This document shows positions 29,791 through 40,082 of a stretch of 64,000 nucleotides of DNA, one piece after another (positions within the stretch are counted from its first letter, which is position 1; every line of letters starts with the position of its first letter). The translations under genes and the position numbers were made by a program. The notes beneath the pieces were generated by a model. That model was given only the letters and a program-made list of their open reading frames with translations, was not told the origin of the DNA and ran no database searches. Source of the DNA: Spirochaetia bacterium (GTDB lineage Bacteria > Spirochaetota > Spirochaetia > UBA9216); assembly GCA_963675665.1 (NCBI GenBank), contig OY776510.1:2304001-2368000 (forward strand). The letters are read 5' to 3'.

Positions 29791-30764
29791 TGTCAAAAGT
29801 ATATATAAGTGATTATGATTATGAGGATTTGGAGATTGAAAAAACCATTCTTGAGCCGATTGGGGCTGAGGTGATTGGTCTTCAATGCAGTACTGGAGAG
29901 GGGTTGGGAGATCTTGCGCGCGATGCCGATGTGCTTATGACACGATATGCCAAGGTGACCAGAGAAACCTGCGAAAAGCTTGAACATTGCATCGGTATAT
30001 GCAGATACGGAATAGGTGTTGATACGGTAGATGTGCAGGCAGTTTACGATAACGGTATGGTGCTCACTAATATTCCGGATTTTTGTATAGAGGAGGTGGC
30101 TGAGCACAGTATTGCCATGGGATTATCGCTATGCAGAAGACTTCCGCATTATGATGCAGCGACAAAGTCCGGAAGGTGGGAGTTTCAGGATGCGGTACAG
30201 CCGATTAGGAAATTCAGAAATACTGTATGGGGGCTGATAGGGTTCGGCAAGATCGCCCAGATTATTGCCCGGAAAATTATAGGCTGTGGAATGACTGTAA
30301 TATCTTCTGATCCATATGTGTCTGAAAACTATATGGCGGCAATGGGCGTCAGAAAAGTTGAGCTTAACGAGCTTGTGAAAGAATCTGATGTTGTGAATGT
30401 AATGTGCCCCTACACAAAAGCTACTCACCATATCATAAATGAAGAAAAACTCAGGATGATGAAAAAAAATGCTGTTGTAGTAAATTGCTCAAGGGGCAAG
30501 CTGGTTGATAATAAGGCGTTGTACAAGGCTCTTGCGGAAGCGTGGATTGTGGGCGCCGGTCTTGATGATACGGAAGAAGAGCCGGCAAAAAATCCCGACT
30601 GGAAACCTTCAGATAATCCGCTGTTTTCATTATCAAACTGCATTATCTCACCGCATTCGGCTTTTTATTCAGAGCAGTCGCTGGTGGACAATAGAAGACT
30701 TACGGCTATAAACGCGAAGGCTCTGCTGGAAGGTTCGCCTCCTATCAATATAGTAAGACCATAA
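29790..30764 (+). CDS. D-2-hydroxyacid dehydrogenase family (second copy)
   Basis: NIPDFCIEEV, GFGKIA, NCSRG, SPHSAFYS. Confidence 0.9.
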   Translation: MSKVYISDYDYEDLEIEKTILEPIGAEVIGLQCSTGEGLGDLARDADVLMTRYAKVTRETCEKLEHCIGICRYGIGVDTVDVQAVYDNGMVLTNIPDFCIEEVAEHSIAMGLSLCRRLPHYDAATKSGRWEFQDAVQPIRKFRNTVWGLIGFGKIAQIIARKIIGCGMTVISSDPYVSENYMAAMGVRKVELNELVKESDVVNVMCPYTKATHHIINEEKLRMMKKNAVVVNCSRGKLVDNKALYKALAEAWIVGAGLDDTEEEPAKNPDWKPSDNPLFSLSNCIISPHSAFYSEQSLVDNRRLTAINAKALLEGSPPINIVRP

Positions 30765-30790
30765 AACAAATAATATACAAGGAGACTTTT

Positions 30791-31558
30791 ATGCAAATTG
30801 TAAGGTACGAAAAAGATGGTGATGTTTTTTACGGTTCTCTTAACGGGGATAAAATTAACAGGATTGAAGGCTCAATCTATGACAATTATGAGGTTACGAG
30901 GGAAACTGCGGAAGTTAGCGATGTTAAGCTGCTTTATCCCTGTGAACCTACAAACCTCTACTGTGTCGGGCTGAATTTTAAAGCTCATATAGCTGAACTT
31001 GATCTTCCGACCCCCGAACTCCCTGCGAATTTTATGAAACCGGTAACGGGTGTAATCAATCCCGGTGAAGCTATAGTAATACCTGCTGTTGCAAACAGGG
31101 TGGATTACGAAGGTGAAATGGCTCTGGTTATCAAGAACAAGATAAAAAATGTAAGCGTGGAAGAAGCAAAGCAGCACATCTTAGGTATAACTCCGTTAAA
31201 TGATGTTACAGAGCGTGAGATGAGTTATAACTCTACACAGGTTACATACAGCAAGAGCTTTGATACATTCACTTCATTCGGCCCTGTTCTTGATACCGAT
31301 ATTGATCCGGATAACGCTACTGTCAGAACATATCTGAACGGCGAAAAGGTTCAGGAAGGCAATACATCTGATCTGCTTTTCAATGCGGCTTACATTGTTT
31401 CATATTTTTCGCAGAGTAGAACCCTTTTCCCCGGTGATATTATTTCTACCGGTACTCCTTATAATGTGAAGCCCATGAAAGACGGTGATGTTGTTGAAAT
31501 TGAGATTGACGGAATTGAAATGCGCTGTGTTAACCCGGTAGAAGATCCTGAAAAATAA
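30791..31558 (+). CDS. Fumarylacetoacetate hydrolase family protein
   Basis: VGLNF, DYEGE, NDVTER, KSFDTF, PGDIISTGTP. Confidence 0.92.
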   Translation: MQIVRYEKDGDVFYGSLNGDKINRIEGSIYDNYEVTRETAEVSDVKLLYPCEPTNLYCVGLNFKAHIAELDLPTPELPANFMKPVTGVINPGEAIVIPAVANRVDYEGEMALVIKNKIKNVSVEEAKQHILGITPLNDVTEREMSYNSTQVTYSKSFDTFTSFGPVLDTDIDPDNATVRTYLNGEKVQEGNTSDLLFNAAYIVSYFSQSRTLFPGDIISTGTPYNVKPMKDGDVVEIEIDGIEMRCVNPVEDPEK

Positions 31559-31631
31559 ATCTTTCATCAGATTAGATCGCAACTGTCATTGCTGTGATCT
31601 AATCTTTAATGATAAAAGGAGAATTTAACGC

Positions 31632-32243
31632 ATGAATAAATCAATTGCCGCTGAAAGCGCATTACTTGTAATGCATTGCCAGAATGATATTGTTGATCCG
31701 AACGGGTTGTATAACGACTCAGGGGCATATTGTGAAGTAAAGAGGCGCGGGGTTCTTGAAAAAATTGCCGATGTTCTTGAAAAAGCCAGAGCTGCTGGGG
31801 TTTTGATCGTTTTTGTGAATAATGCTTTCAGCCGGGGGTATCCGGAGTTGAAGGGAAATACGCTTCCTATCTGCGATGCCGCCAAAAAAAGCAATTCTTT
31901 TCTCGAGGGTACATGGGGTGTAGAGAATCCGACAATAATCAAGCCTGTAGACGGAGATATCGTGTTGAGGAATTTTAACACAAGCTCTTTTTCGTATACC
32001 AACCTGGACCAGATCCTTCGTGCAGGAAGTATAGAGAAGCTGTATTTGACGGGAGTGGCTACAAACTTTGTTGTGGAAAGTACAGCCAGATATGGCGCGG
32101 AACTTAACTATGAAATTCACATATTAAAGGACTGTTGTGCTTCGTGGACTGCTGAAATGCATGATTTTGCAATTATAAACACGCTTCCGCAATTCGGAAT
32201 TGTGGAGAGCTTACTTGATTTTTATAACTATTTGAAATTCTGA
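31632..32243 (+). CDS. Isochorismatase/cysteine hydrolase family protein
   Basis: LLVMHCQND, SSFSYTNLD, GVATNFVVESTAR; the usual catalytic residues look altered. Confidence 0.85.
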   Translation: MNKSIAAESALLVMHCQNDIVDPNGLYNDSGAYCEVKRRGVLEKIADVLEKARAAGVLIVFVNNAFSRGYPELKGNTLPICDAAKKSNSFLEGTWGVENPTIIKPVDGDIVLRNFNTSSFSYTNLDQILRAGSIEKLYLTGVATNFVVESTARYGAELNYEIHILKDCCASWTAEMHDFAIINTLPQFGIVESLLDFYNYLKF

Positions 32244-32336
32244 AAGTGTTTTATGCTATACAAATTAATTACATGCAGGAGAGATGAAACTGTCAAAATA
32301 TTACACAAACGATAATTTATCGGATATAATACTTCA

Positions 32337-33368
32337 ATGGAAATAGGATTCAGATGGTACGGCCCAAGTGATTCAATACCTTTAAAGTATATTCACCAGA
32401 TTCCCGGTATTGACTGTATAGTAGGCAGTTTTTTCAGTACGCCTCCTGACGAGCTGATTCCCGAGCAGAATATACAAAACCTGAAGATGCATATAGAAGA
32501 ATACGGTTTTAAATTCGACAGTGTAGAAAGCCTTCCTGTACATGAGAGTATAAAGTTAGGCCAACATGAACGAGATGAATATATTGATATCTGGTGCGAG
32601 AATCTCAGGCAATTTGCTGAAGCCGGTATAGAAACAGTATGTTATAATTTTATGCTGGCGTTTGACTGGCTTCGTACTGACCTTTATTTAAGGCTTGCCG
32701 ATGATTCCATATCAAATGGTTACAACCACAATGATCTTGGTAAAATTGATATCTATACAGGTCTTCCGGACTGGAGCCAGACTTATATGCCGTCTGAGAT
32801 TGACGAGGTTTTTAAAGTAAGCCGTAAGGTAACGCTTGATCAGTTCTGGAAGAATTTTGAATATTTTCTGAAAGCGGTTGTTCCTGTAGCGGAGCAGCTG
32901 GGAATTAAACTTGCGCTTCATCCTGATGATCCTCCATGGGATGCCATGGGAATTGTTCGCCCGCTGGGAACCAGGGAAGGTCTTGAAAGGTGTATTAATA
33001 TAATAAAAAGTCCAAGCAACGGGATAGCATTCTGCACCGGAACTCTTGCCGCCCGAGAAGATAATGATGTATATCAGATGCTTGAAGATTTCTGTAAAAA
33101 AGGCTGGGTAAACTACCTGCATTTACGGAATATTCTTGTGACTGGTGAAAAAGAATTTCATGAGACAGCCCATAACAGCGAGTATGGAGATCTTGATATG
33201 TATCTGCTGTTAAAAAGTGTTTATGACAACAGGTATGAAGGTGTCATGAGAGTCGATCATGCCCGCAGCATCTGGGATGAAGATCGAAAACCCGGTTACG
33301 GTCTTTATGATAGAGCGCTTGGTGTCAGTTATGTTGTCGGTATCCTTGAAGCTTTAACAAAAAGCTGA
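32337..33368 (+). CDS. uxuA: Mannonate dehydratase
   Basis: FRWYGP, ESLPVHE, CYNFM, LHPDDPP, HLRN, GYGLYDRALG. Confidence 0.9.
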   Translation: MEIGFRWYGPSDSIPLKYIHQIPGIDCIVGSFFSTPPDELIPEQNIQNLKMHIEEYGFKFDSVESLPVHESIKLGQHERDEYIDIWCENLRQFAEAGIETVCYNFMLAFDWLRTDLYLRLADDSISNGYNHNDLGKIDIYTGLPDWSQTYMPSEIDEVFKVSRKVTLDQFWKNFEYFLKAVVPVAEQLGIKLALHPDDPPWDAMGIVRPLGTREGLERCINIIKSPSNGIAFCTGTLAAREDNDVYQMLEDFCKKGWVNYLHLRNILVTGEKEFHETAHNSEYGDLDMYLLLKSVYDNRYEGVMRVDHARSIWDEDRKPGYGLYDRALGVSYVVGILEALTKS

Positions 33369-33476
33369 TTTTTCCTGATATTCTATTCATATAAAGCAAC
33401 TCTGCAGTTTAAGCTTATCTTTTTCCGTCTACCCAATAAAAAAATATATTTCTAATCTGTGGGTAATATTAACAAT

Positions 33477-33546
33477 AAAAAAGAAAATATTTTCTTGACA
33501 ATCCTTAAAATTATGCTAAGCTGTTAAAAAGAAAGAAATTTTTTCC
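33477..33546 (+). promoter_or_regulatory. Promoter of the second island operon, same architecture as 18191-18258
   Basis: Perfect palindrome AAGAAAATATTTTCTT (33481) abutting TTGACA (33495), TGcTAAGCT (33514), and downstream AGAAA-TTT-TTTCC (33534). Confidence 0.7.
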
Positions 33547-33629
33547 AATATCATAATATATGCTTTTAATAGCAAAATATTTTTATATTTAGGTTGATAT
33601 TAGAAGAAATTTTATTCAAATCATGAGAG

Positions 33630-34403
33630 GTGAATGTGAAGAAATTTTCCGGAAAAACTGCGGTAGTTACCGGGGGCGGCCAGGGGATTGGCGCGGAGAT
33701 CGCAATTGAGCTGGCTTCTCAGGGGGCTTCTATAGCATTGGCAAACAGAAAGCCGGAGGGGATGGCAAAAGTAAAAGAGAAAATAATCAATGCCGGAGGA
33801 TGCTGTATAGCAGTACCAACAGATATAACCGTAAAAAAGGATATCCAGAACCTGTTTCAGATAGTAATGAAAGAGTTCGGGCGGGTAGATGTTCTGGTTA
33901 ATAATGCAGGCACAATAAGACCTGCACTTTTTTCAAAAATGGATGAAGAAGATTGGGATTTTATTCAACGTGTTGATCTGAAAGGACTTGTATTCTGTAC
34001 GCAGGCTGCGGCGGCAATTATGAAAAAGCAAAAGTATGGAAAGATTGTTAATATTTCCTCAATGTCTGCAGACGGTGTGTATATGCCTGGTTTTGCAAGT
34101 TATTCAGCTGCAAAAGCTGCAGTGAATAATTTTACAAAAACTTCAGCCAGGGAGTTAGGTGAATGGAATATAAATGTAAATGCGGTAGCGCCGGGAGAGA
34201 TCCTTACAGATCTTACATACCAGGATCAAACTGAAGAAGAGGTTAAGCTGAAACTGGAAAGATCAACAAATATGACAATGTTGAAGCGACTGGGACAAAC
34301 AAAGGATGTAGCAAAGGCTGTATGCTTTTTTGCTTCTGATGAATCATCTTTTATTACCGGAACCATACTATCTGTGGACGGCGGCAGAATTGACAGGATG
34401 TAA
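33630..34403 (+). CDS. Short-chain dehydrogenase/reductase
   Basis: TGGGQGIG, NNAG, YSAAK. Confidence 0.93.
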   Translation: MNVKKFSGKTAVVTGGGQGIGAEIAIELASQGASIALANRKPEGMAKVKEKIINAGGCCIAVPTDITVKKDIQNLFQIVMKEFGRVDVLVNNAGTIRPALFSKMDEEDWDFIQRVDLKGLVFCTQAAAAIMKKQKYGKIVNISSMSADGVYMPGFASYSAAKAAVNNFTKTSARELGEWNINVNAVAPGEILTDLTYQDQTEEEVKLKLERSTNMTMLKRLGQTKDVAKAVCFFASDESSFITGTILSVDGGRIDRM

Positions 34404-34412
34404 CAAATTGAT

Positions 34413-35921
34413 ATGAGTATGAAAGAAGATTTGATTGTTCAGACAAAATCTATTACCAAGGTTTTTCCTGGTGTTGTAGCATTAAAATCAGTAGATTTTA
34501 AATGCCGCAGGGGTGAGATTCATGCTCTGCTTGGTGAAAATGGTGCAGGAAAGTCCACGCTGATAAAAATTCTAAGCGGAGTATATGTTCAGGAGAAAGG
34601 AGAAATTCTTTTAGAGAATGAATTGATGAGTTTCAAATCACCGCATGACGCCCAGGTGAAAGGTATCGGTGTTATTCATCAGGAACTCATTCTTGTGCCT
34701 TATATGAGTGTGGCGGAAAATATTTTCCTCGGGCAGGAACAGCGTAATAAGTATCGTTTTATAAATACGGCCCGTATGAATGAAAAAGCCCGGGAAATTC
34801 TTTCTTCGATAGGTTCGAATTTAAATCCGTCCGATATTGTAGCCGGTCTTGATTCCACCAATCAGAAGCTGGTGCAGATAGCGAAATCGCTTGTTAAGGA
34901 ACCCAGGATATTAATTGTCGACGAACCGACTGCTCCGCTCGGCGCCAAAGAAGTTGCAGATTTCTTTGCGGCATTAAGAAGGCTGAAAGCCAAAGGTACC
35001 ACAATTATCTATATTTCTCATCACCTTGAGGAGATCTTCGAAATTGCCGACCGGCTTACAGTTTTGAAGGATGGACAGAATGTCACTACAGTCGATGTAG
35101 CTGATACAAACATTGATGAAGTTATCAGATTTATGATAGGTCGTGAGTTAGGTGATTTGTTTCCGGAGAAAACAGCGGAAAAACGAATTGGTACGACAAT
35201 TCTTGAAGTGAAGAAGCTTAACCGGGGAAATGTACTGTTCGATATAGATTTCAACTTAAAAAGCGGAGAGATTCTCGGAATTGCCGGACTTGAGGGAAAT
35301 GGTCAGGATACGCTTCTCAGAGCGGTTTGCGGCTGCTTTGCCAAAGACAGCGGGGAAATATATATTGAGGGAACTAAAATTGATATATCCGATCCGACGG
35401 ATGCTATTAAAGCCGGAATAGTTCTTGTTACCGACAAGCGGCACGATGAAGGGCTGTGCCTGCAGTTGAGTGTTGCGGACAACCTTGTGCTTTCAACGCT
35501 TGGAAAGCGTCAGACTGCGGGCGTTATAGACCGTAAAAAGGAAAGAGCTCTTGTAGATAAGAATATTGGTGAGTTTAGTATAAAAACTCCTTCAGGTGAT
35601 AGACAGGCTAAATTCCTTTCCGGCGGGAATCAGCAGAAGATTGTAATAGGAAAATGGCTGAATAATGATCCAAAGATTATTTTTATGATGGAACCGACGC
35701 TCGGTGTTGATGTTGGTGCAAAAGCCGAGATTTATCAGTTTGCCAGGAAACTTGCTGATTCTGAAGGAAAAGGTGTTGTTATGGTAACGAGCGATATGCT
35801 CGAACTTCTCGGTTTATGTGATCGAATTCTTGTAATGCATAAAGGCCGGCTGGTTAAAGAGCTCAGTCGTGATGAAGCAACCGAAGAAAAGATCCTGAAA
35901 GCAGCAGTAGGGGTGAACTGA
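34413..35921 (+). CDS. Sugar ABC ATP-binding protein (CUT2)
   Basis: GENGAGKSTL, DEPT, LSGGNQQK. Confidence 0.95.
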   Translation: MSMKEDLIVQTKSITKVFPGVVALKSVDFKCRRGEIHALLGENGAGKSTLIKILSGVYVQEKGEILLENELMSFKSPHDAQVKGIGVIHQELILVPYMSVAENIFLGQEQRNKYRFINTARMNEKAREILSSIGSNLNPSDIVAGLDSTNQKLVQIAKSLVKEPRILIVDEPTAPLGAKEVADFFAALRRLKAKGTTIIYISHHLEEIFEIADRLTVLKDGQNVTTVDVADTNIDEVIRFMIGRELGDLFPEKTAEKRIGTTILEVKKLNRGNVLFDIDFNLKSGEILGIAGLEGNGQDTLLRAVCGCFAKDSGEIYIEGTKIDISDPTDAIKAGIVLVTDKRHDEGLCLQLSVADNLVLSTLGKRQTAGVIDRKKERALVDKNIGEFSIKTPSGDRQAKFLSGGNQQKIVIGKWLNNDPKIIFMMEPTLGVDVGAKAEIYQFARKLADSEGKGVVMVTSDMLELLGLCDRILVMHKGRLVKELSRDEATEEKILKAAVGVN

Positions 35922-36902
35922 ATGCAGATTACCAAGTTACTTAAAAGAAAATCCGGAAACTCAAAATCCCAATTACAAACCTATATAGGTATAACTGTTC
36001 TTATAATTTTAATATTTTTTCTTGTACCGGGCTTTAGAGGGGCCGAGAATATTTCAAACCTGATTTGCCGTTCAGTTCCGCTTCTGTCTGTTGCAATAGG
36101 GCAGACTCTGGTCTTGCTTACGGCCGGCATCGATTTATCAGTAAGTTCAATGCTGGCGCTTTCAACTGCGCTTGCCTCAACGTTTATGCAATACGGCATA
36201 GGTTTCGGAGCGGGCATTGCGGTCATAGCGGGGCTTTTGGCGGGCCTGGTTAACGGTCTTGCTGTTACCAAGCTGAAGATAAATCCGTTTCTTGTTACGC
36301 TTAGTACAAATATTATAATCGGCGGTATTTGTCTCTTTATAAGACCCTACCCGGGCGGGTATATTCCAATTGAGTGGGTGAATTTCATCACCTTCAAAGT
36401 CGGACCTGTTCCCTCAACAGCTATTATTATCTTCATGCTTATAGTCGGCGTAAGTATCATCCTTTTAAAGAAAACCGTTTTCGGCAGGCATCTCTATGCA
36501 GTAGGGGGCAATTTTGATGCTGCCAGACTTGCAGGTATAAATGCAGACAGGGTTATGATTACGGCCTATATACTGAGCGGCTTTTTTTCAGCTCTTGGCG
36601 GATTATACATGGCGGCAAGGATGAGCTGTGGAGACCCCAATGTGGGTAATCCGTTTCAAATGGAATCAATAACAGCTGCTGTCATAGGCGGAACTGCTCT
36701 TACAGGGGGGAAAGGCGGTACTGTCGGAACTGTTCTTGGGGTAATCCTTGTTGTTATGCTTGGAAATATTTTCAATTTGCTCAATTTCAATATTTACTGG
36801 CAGCAGATAATCAGGGGAATTATTCTACTGATAGTAGTCGGTTATTCAGAATACCGGTTGACGGTAAAAGAAGAATTAAAATTAAAAAAGATGATCAATT
36901 AA
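35922..36902 (+). CDS. Sugar ABC permease
   Basis: AGIDLSV, FGRHLYAVGGN, AAVIGGT. Confidence 0.93.
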   Translation: MQITKLLKRKSGNSKSQLQTYIGITVLIILIFFLVPGFRGAENISNLICRSVPLLSVAIGQTLVLLTAGIDLSVSSMLALSTALASTFMQYGIGFGAGIAVIAGLLAGLVNGLAVTKLKINPFLVTLSTNIIIGGICLFIRPYPGGYIPIEWVNFITFKVGPVPSTAIIIFMLIVGVSIILLKKTVFGRHLYAVGGNFDAARLAGINADRVMITAYILSGFFSALGGLYMAARMSCGDPNVGNPFQMESITAAVIGGTALTGGKGGTVGTVLGVILVVMLGNIFNLLNFNIYWQQIIRGIILLIVVGYSEYRLTVKEELKLKKMIN

Positions 36903-36960
36903 TCTCAACAAAGTATATAGAGAATTCTATATAACATAAATTTCTGATAAGGAGTATTGA

Positions 36961-38097
36961 ATGAAAAAGATTGGTTCAGCAATGGTTTTGTTGGTCGTAG
37001 GAATGCTGCTTGTATTCAGCAGCTGCAGTCAGAGTTCTGCCGGTAGTGAGAAATCTGCAAGTGAACCTGTTGTACAGGAGAAAGCAGTAGAAGCTGCACG
37101 TGAAGGCGCTGAGCTGGAATTCAGTGATATGGGTCGGTACAAAAAGCAGCCGGGTTACAAGATAGGTTATTCTTTTCACGGCGGCGGGATTTCGTTTGAT
37201 ATCCAGAGTATCAATGCTTTTAAGTGGGTGGCGGAAGAAAAATTCGGAAATGTAATTGATGAGTTGTATGTAACGGAAGCCCAATTCGACGTTGCAAAAC
37301 AGATCTCTGATGTTGAAGATCTGATTGCAAAAGGAATCGACGGACTCGTTATCTCGCCGACCTCACCTTCTGCGGTTATTCCGGTTATTGATAAACTCTA
37401 TGATATGGGTATACCTGTAGTTATCGTTCTGGGTGAGTATGACGGAAGCAAATATACAGCATACAGGGCAACCGATGCACAGGCTTTCGGCCGTATGGGT
37501 GCGGAATGGATTGTTGAAAAACTGAAAGAAAAGAACGGTTCGGCAAAGGGTAATGTTATTGCTCTCCGCGGTGTTGCAGGCGCAGCAGCAGATGTCGGTC
37601 GTTGGGAACGCGGGGCAAAGCCGGTACTTGATCAGTATCCTGATATTAAAATCGTAGGTGATGCTGAAGGTAAATGGGCATATGACGAAGGTCGAAGAGT
37701 TTCTGAAAGCCTTCTTACTGCAAACCCCGATGTAGATGCAATCTGGAGCTGTGGCGGACAGATGTCGCTTGCTGCAGCAGAGGTGTGTGATGAAAAAGGC
37801 CTTGAAGGCATTTTTATTACAGGTGAAGACTATAACGGTTTTTATAAATACTGGGTTAAGAATAAGAGTAAGGGCTTTTCAAGTATTTCTCCGACATATC
37901 CTTCATGGATAGCAACCGAAGGTCTTAATACTCTGGTATCTGTATTGATGGGCGAATCTGTTGTTAAAACAATTCTATATCCGCCTCCAACGGTAACCGA
38001 CGATACAGTAGAGAATTATGTGATTCCTAGTTTGCCTGACAGTATCTGGGTCTCTACATCAGTGCCTCATGAAATTCTTGAGGAATGGTATAAATAA
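36961..38097 (+). CDS. Sugar ABC substrate-binding lipoprotein
   Basis: Lipobox FSSC; QISDVEDLIAKGIDG. Confidence 0.9.
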   Translation: MKKIGSAMVLLVVGMLLVFSSCSQSSAGSEKSASEPVVQEKAVEAAREGAELEFSDMGRYKKQPGYKIGYSFHGGGISFDIQSINAFKWVAEEKFGNVIDELYVTEAQFDVAKQISDVEDLIAKGIDGLVISPTSPSAVIPVIDKLYDMGIPVVIVLGEYDGSKYTAYRATDAQAFGRMGAEWIVEKLKEKNGSAKGNVIALRGVAGAAADVGRWERGAKPVLDQYPDIKIVGDAEGKWAYDEGRRVSESLLTANPDVDAIWSCGGQMSLAAAEVCDEKGLEGIFITGEDYNGFYKYWVKNKSKGFSSISPTYPSWIATEGLNTLVSVLMGESVVKTILYPPPTVTDDTVENYVIPSLPDSIWVSTSVPHEILEEWYK

Positions 38098-38168
38098 ATA
38101 ATTTATCAGCCGGAGCTGAAATACTACTTCGGTTTCGGCTGATTATAAATTGAGTGAGAAGGACAGGT

Positions 38169-39140
38169 ATGAATACAACAGCAGTAAACACAGAAGCATC
38201 AGGAAGAATAAAAGAGTTTCTTTCGAATCGTACAACAATAGTCTTTATAGCGCTACTTGTAATAGTTTTTATAGCCGGTATATTGATGCCTGTATCTGTC
38301 AGCGGGAGTAATATTAAGAATGTTCTCAGAGAAGCCTCAATTCTCGGAATAGTTGCAATAGGGCAGGGCATTGTGATGCTTAGCGGCGGAATGGATATTT
38401 CAGTCGGCAATATAATGTTCATGGTTATTATTTACGGTGGGAAGTTTATGGAATCGTCGGGAGAACGGTTTTTACCGGTGGCCCTGTTTTGTCTTGCAGC
38501 AGGCGCAGCAATCGGTTTTATAAACGGAATTGGAGTTTCGAAATTTAAAATATCACCGATAATAATGACCCTGGGAACAAGTTCAATTCTATATGGCGCA
38601 ATCTACATTCTCGGAGGCAGCATGATGAGTCAGGCCGCTCCGGAGATTTTACAGAGAATCGGTAAAAATATTCTTTTTAATATAATACCTGTAACGGGAC
38701 TTATCTGGCTTGTTATTGCAGCTGCGGCAATTTTTCTTCTTTTTAGAACGACATTTGGGAGAAAAGTTTATGCAACTGGAAATAACTTTCAGGCTGCGTG
38801 GTTTGCCGGAATAAAGCCGGTGCGTATTCAGGTCGCATCATATATTATCTGCGATCTACTTGCTGCGCTTGCCGGTCTATTACTTCTAGGGTATCTGGGA
38901 ACTCCTACTCTCAGATTTACGGATATCTATACAATGGGATCTATATCCGCCGTAGTTATTGGCGGCATAGAATTCTTTGCCGGTATCGGAAGCATTGTTG
39001 GTACAATTGCCGGTACTTTGATTGTAAGATTTCTTTTTAATGTTTTGGTTATGATGAATGTTCCTGCTGCAGGACGAATGATTGTGGAGGGAGTAATGAT
39101 CCTGGCTATTGTTTCATTTTACAATTTCAGATCCAAATAA
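38169..39140 (+). CDS. Sugar ABC permease
   Basis: GGMDISVG, FGRKVYATGNN, AVVIGG. Confidence 0.92.
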   Translation: MNTTAVNTEASGRIKEFLSNRTTIVFIALLVIVFIAGILMPVSVSGSNIKNVLREASILGIVAIGQGIVMLSGGMDISVGNIMFMVIIYGGKFMESSGERFLPVALFCLAAGAAIGFINGIGVSKFKISPIIMTLGTSSILYGAIYILGGSMMSQAAPEILQRIGKNILFNIIPVTGLIWLVIAAAAIFLLFRTTFGRKVYATGNNFQAAWFAGIKPVRIQVASYIICDLLAALAGLLLLGYLGTPTLRFTDIYTMGSISAVVIGGIEFFAGIGSIVGTIAGTLIVRFLFNVLVMMNVPAAGRMIVEGVMILAIVSFYNFRSK

Positions 39141-39150
39141 GGTACAACTG

Positions 39151-39936
39151 ATGGTGCTTAAAGATAAAACAAGTGTGATCACCGGAGGGACTTCGGGTAT
39201 TGGAAAAGCAACAGTCTTACGATTTGTTGAAGAAGGCGCTAAAGTAGTTTTTAACGGCAGACGTAAAGATAAGGGGCTTGAATTAGTAAAGGAAATTGAA
39301 GATTTAAATTATTCGGGACAAGTACGGTTTTTTCAGTGTGATGTCAGCATTGAAGAGGAGATTTGTGAATTAGCAAAATATGTAAAAAGCGAATTCGGAA
39401 ACTGTGAGGTTTTATTCAACAATGCAGGTATTCACCAGGCAGGCAGGTTGCATGAAACCAAACCCGAAGACTGGGATAAAATAATAAATATTGATGTACG
39501 TGGCGTTTATCTTTGTTCTTATTACTTTATTCCGCAGATGCTTGAAGAAAAATACGGCACAATAATTAATATGTCTTCTGTTTCCGGGTTATTGGGCGAC
39601 TCACATATGGTTGCGTATAATACTGCAAAAGGAGCAATCACCAATATGACCCGGTGTATGGCTATCGACTATGCAGCCGATGGTATCAGGGTAAACGCTG
39701 TATGCCCCGGAATTATTAGAAGTGAAATTGTTGAAAATACGTTTAAATCAATTCCGGACTCTGAAGAAAAGTTCAAAGCAGCATATCCGGTGCACTACAT
39801 TGCAGAAGCTGTAGAAGTTGCCAATACCGTGGTGTTTCTTGCCTCCAGAAAGTCCGATTTTATTAACGGTGTCAATCTGCCGATAGACGGCGGTATAACC
39901 GCACATACCGGGCAGCCATATATGGGAACTTACTAG
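39151..39936 (+). CDS. Short-chain dehydrogenase/reductase
   Basis: TGGTSGIG, NNAG, YNTAK. Confidence 0.93.
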   Translation: MVLKDKTSVITGGTSGIGKATVLRFVEEGAKVVFNGRRKDKGLELVKEIEDLNYSGQVRFFQCDVSIEEEICELAKYVKSEFGNCEVLFNNAGIHQAGRLHETKPEDWDKIINIDVRGVYLCSYYFIPQMLEEKYGTIINMSSVSGLLGDSHMVAYNTAKGAITNMTRCMAIDYAADGIRVNAVCPGIIRSEIVENTFKSIPDSEEKFKAAYPVHYIAEAVEVANTVVFLASRKSDFINGVNLPIDGGITAHTGQPYMGTY

Positions 39937-40082
39937 TTTCCGGTATTAAATGAGATGATTTGAATATGAATATTAGAGTGTTTTTATAATTCCCCAAATT
40001 AAAAGTATGCTTAAGAATTAAATGATTTCCTCATTCTAAAAAAATGTAAAAGTATGTTGATCCAAGTAAAACAGGAGAAAAA

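Noticed and set aside
21940-38145. Stem-loops after binding-protein genes and within operons (about 21940, 31570, 38105)
   Set aside because: Ordinary mRNA-stabilising or terminator hairpins with no shared sequence.
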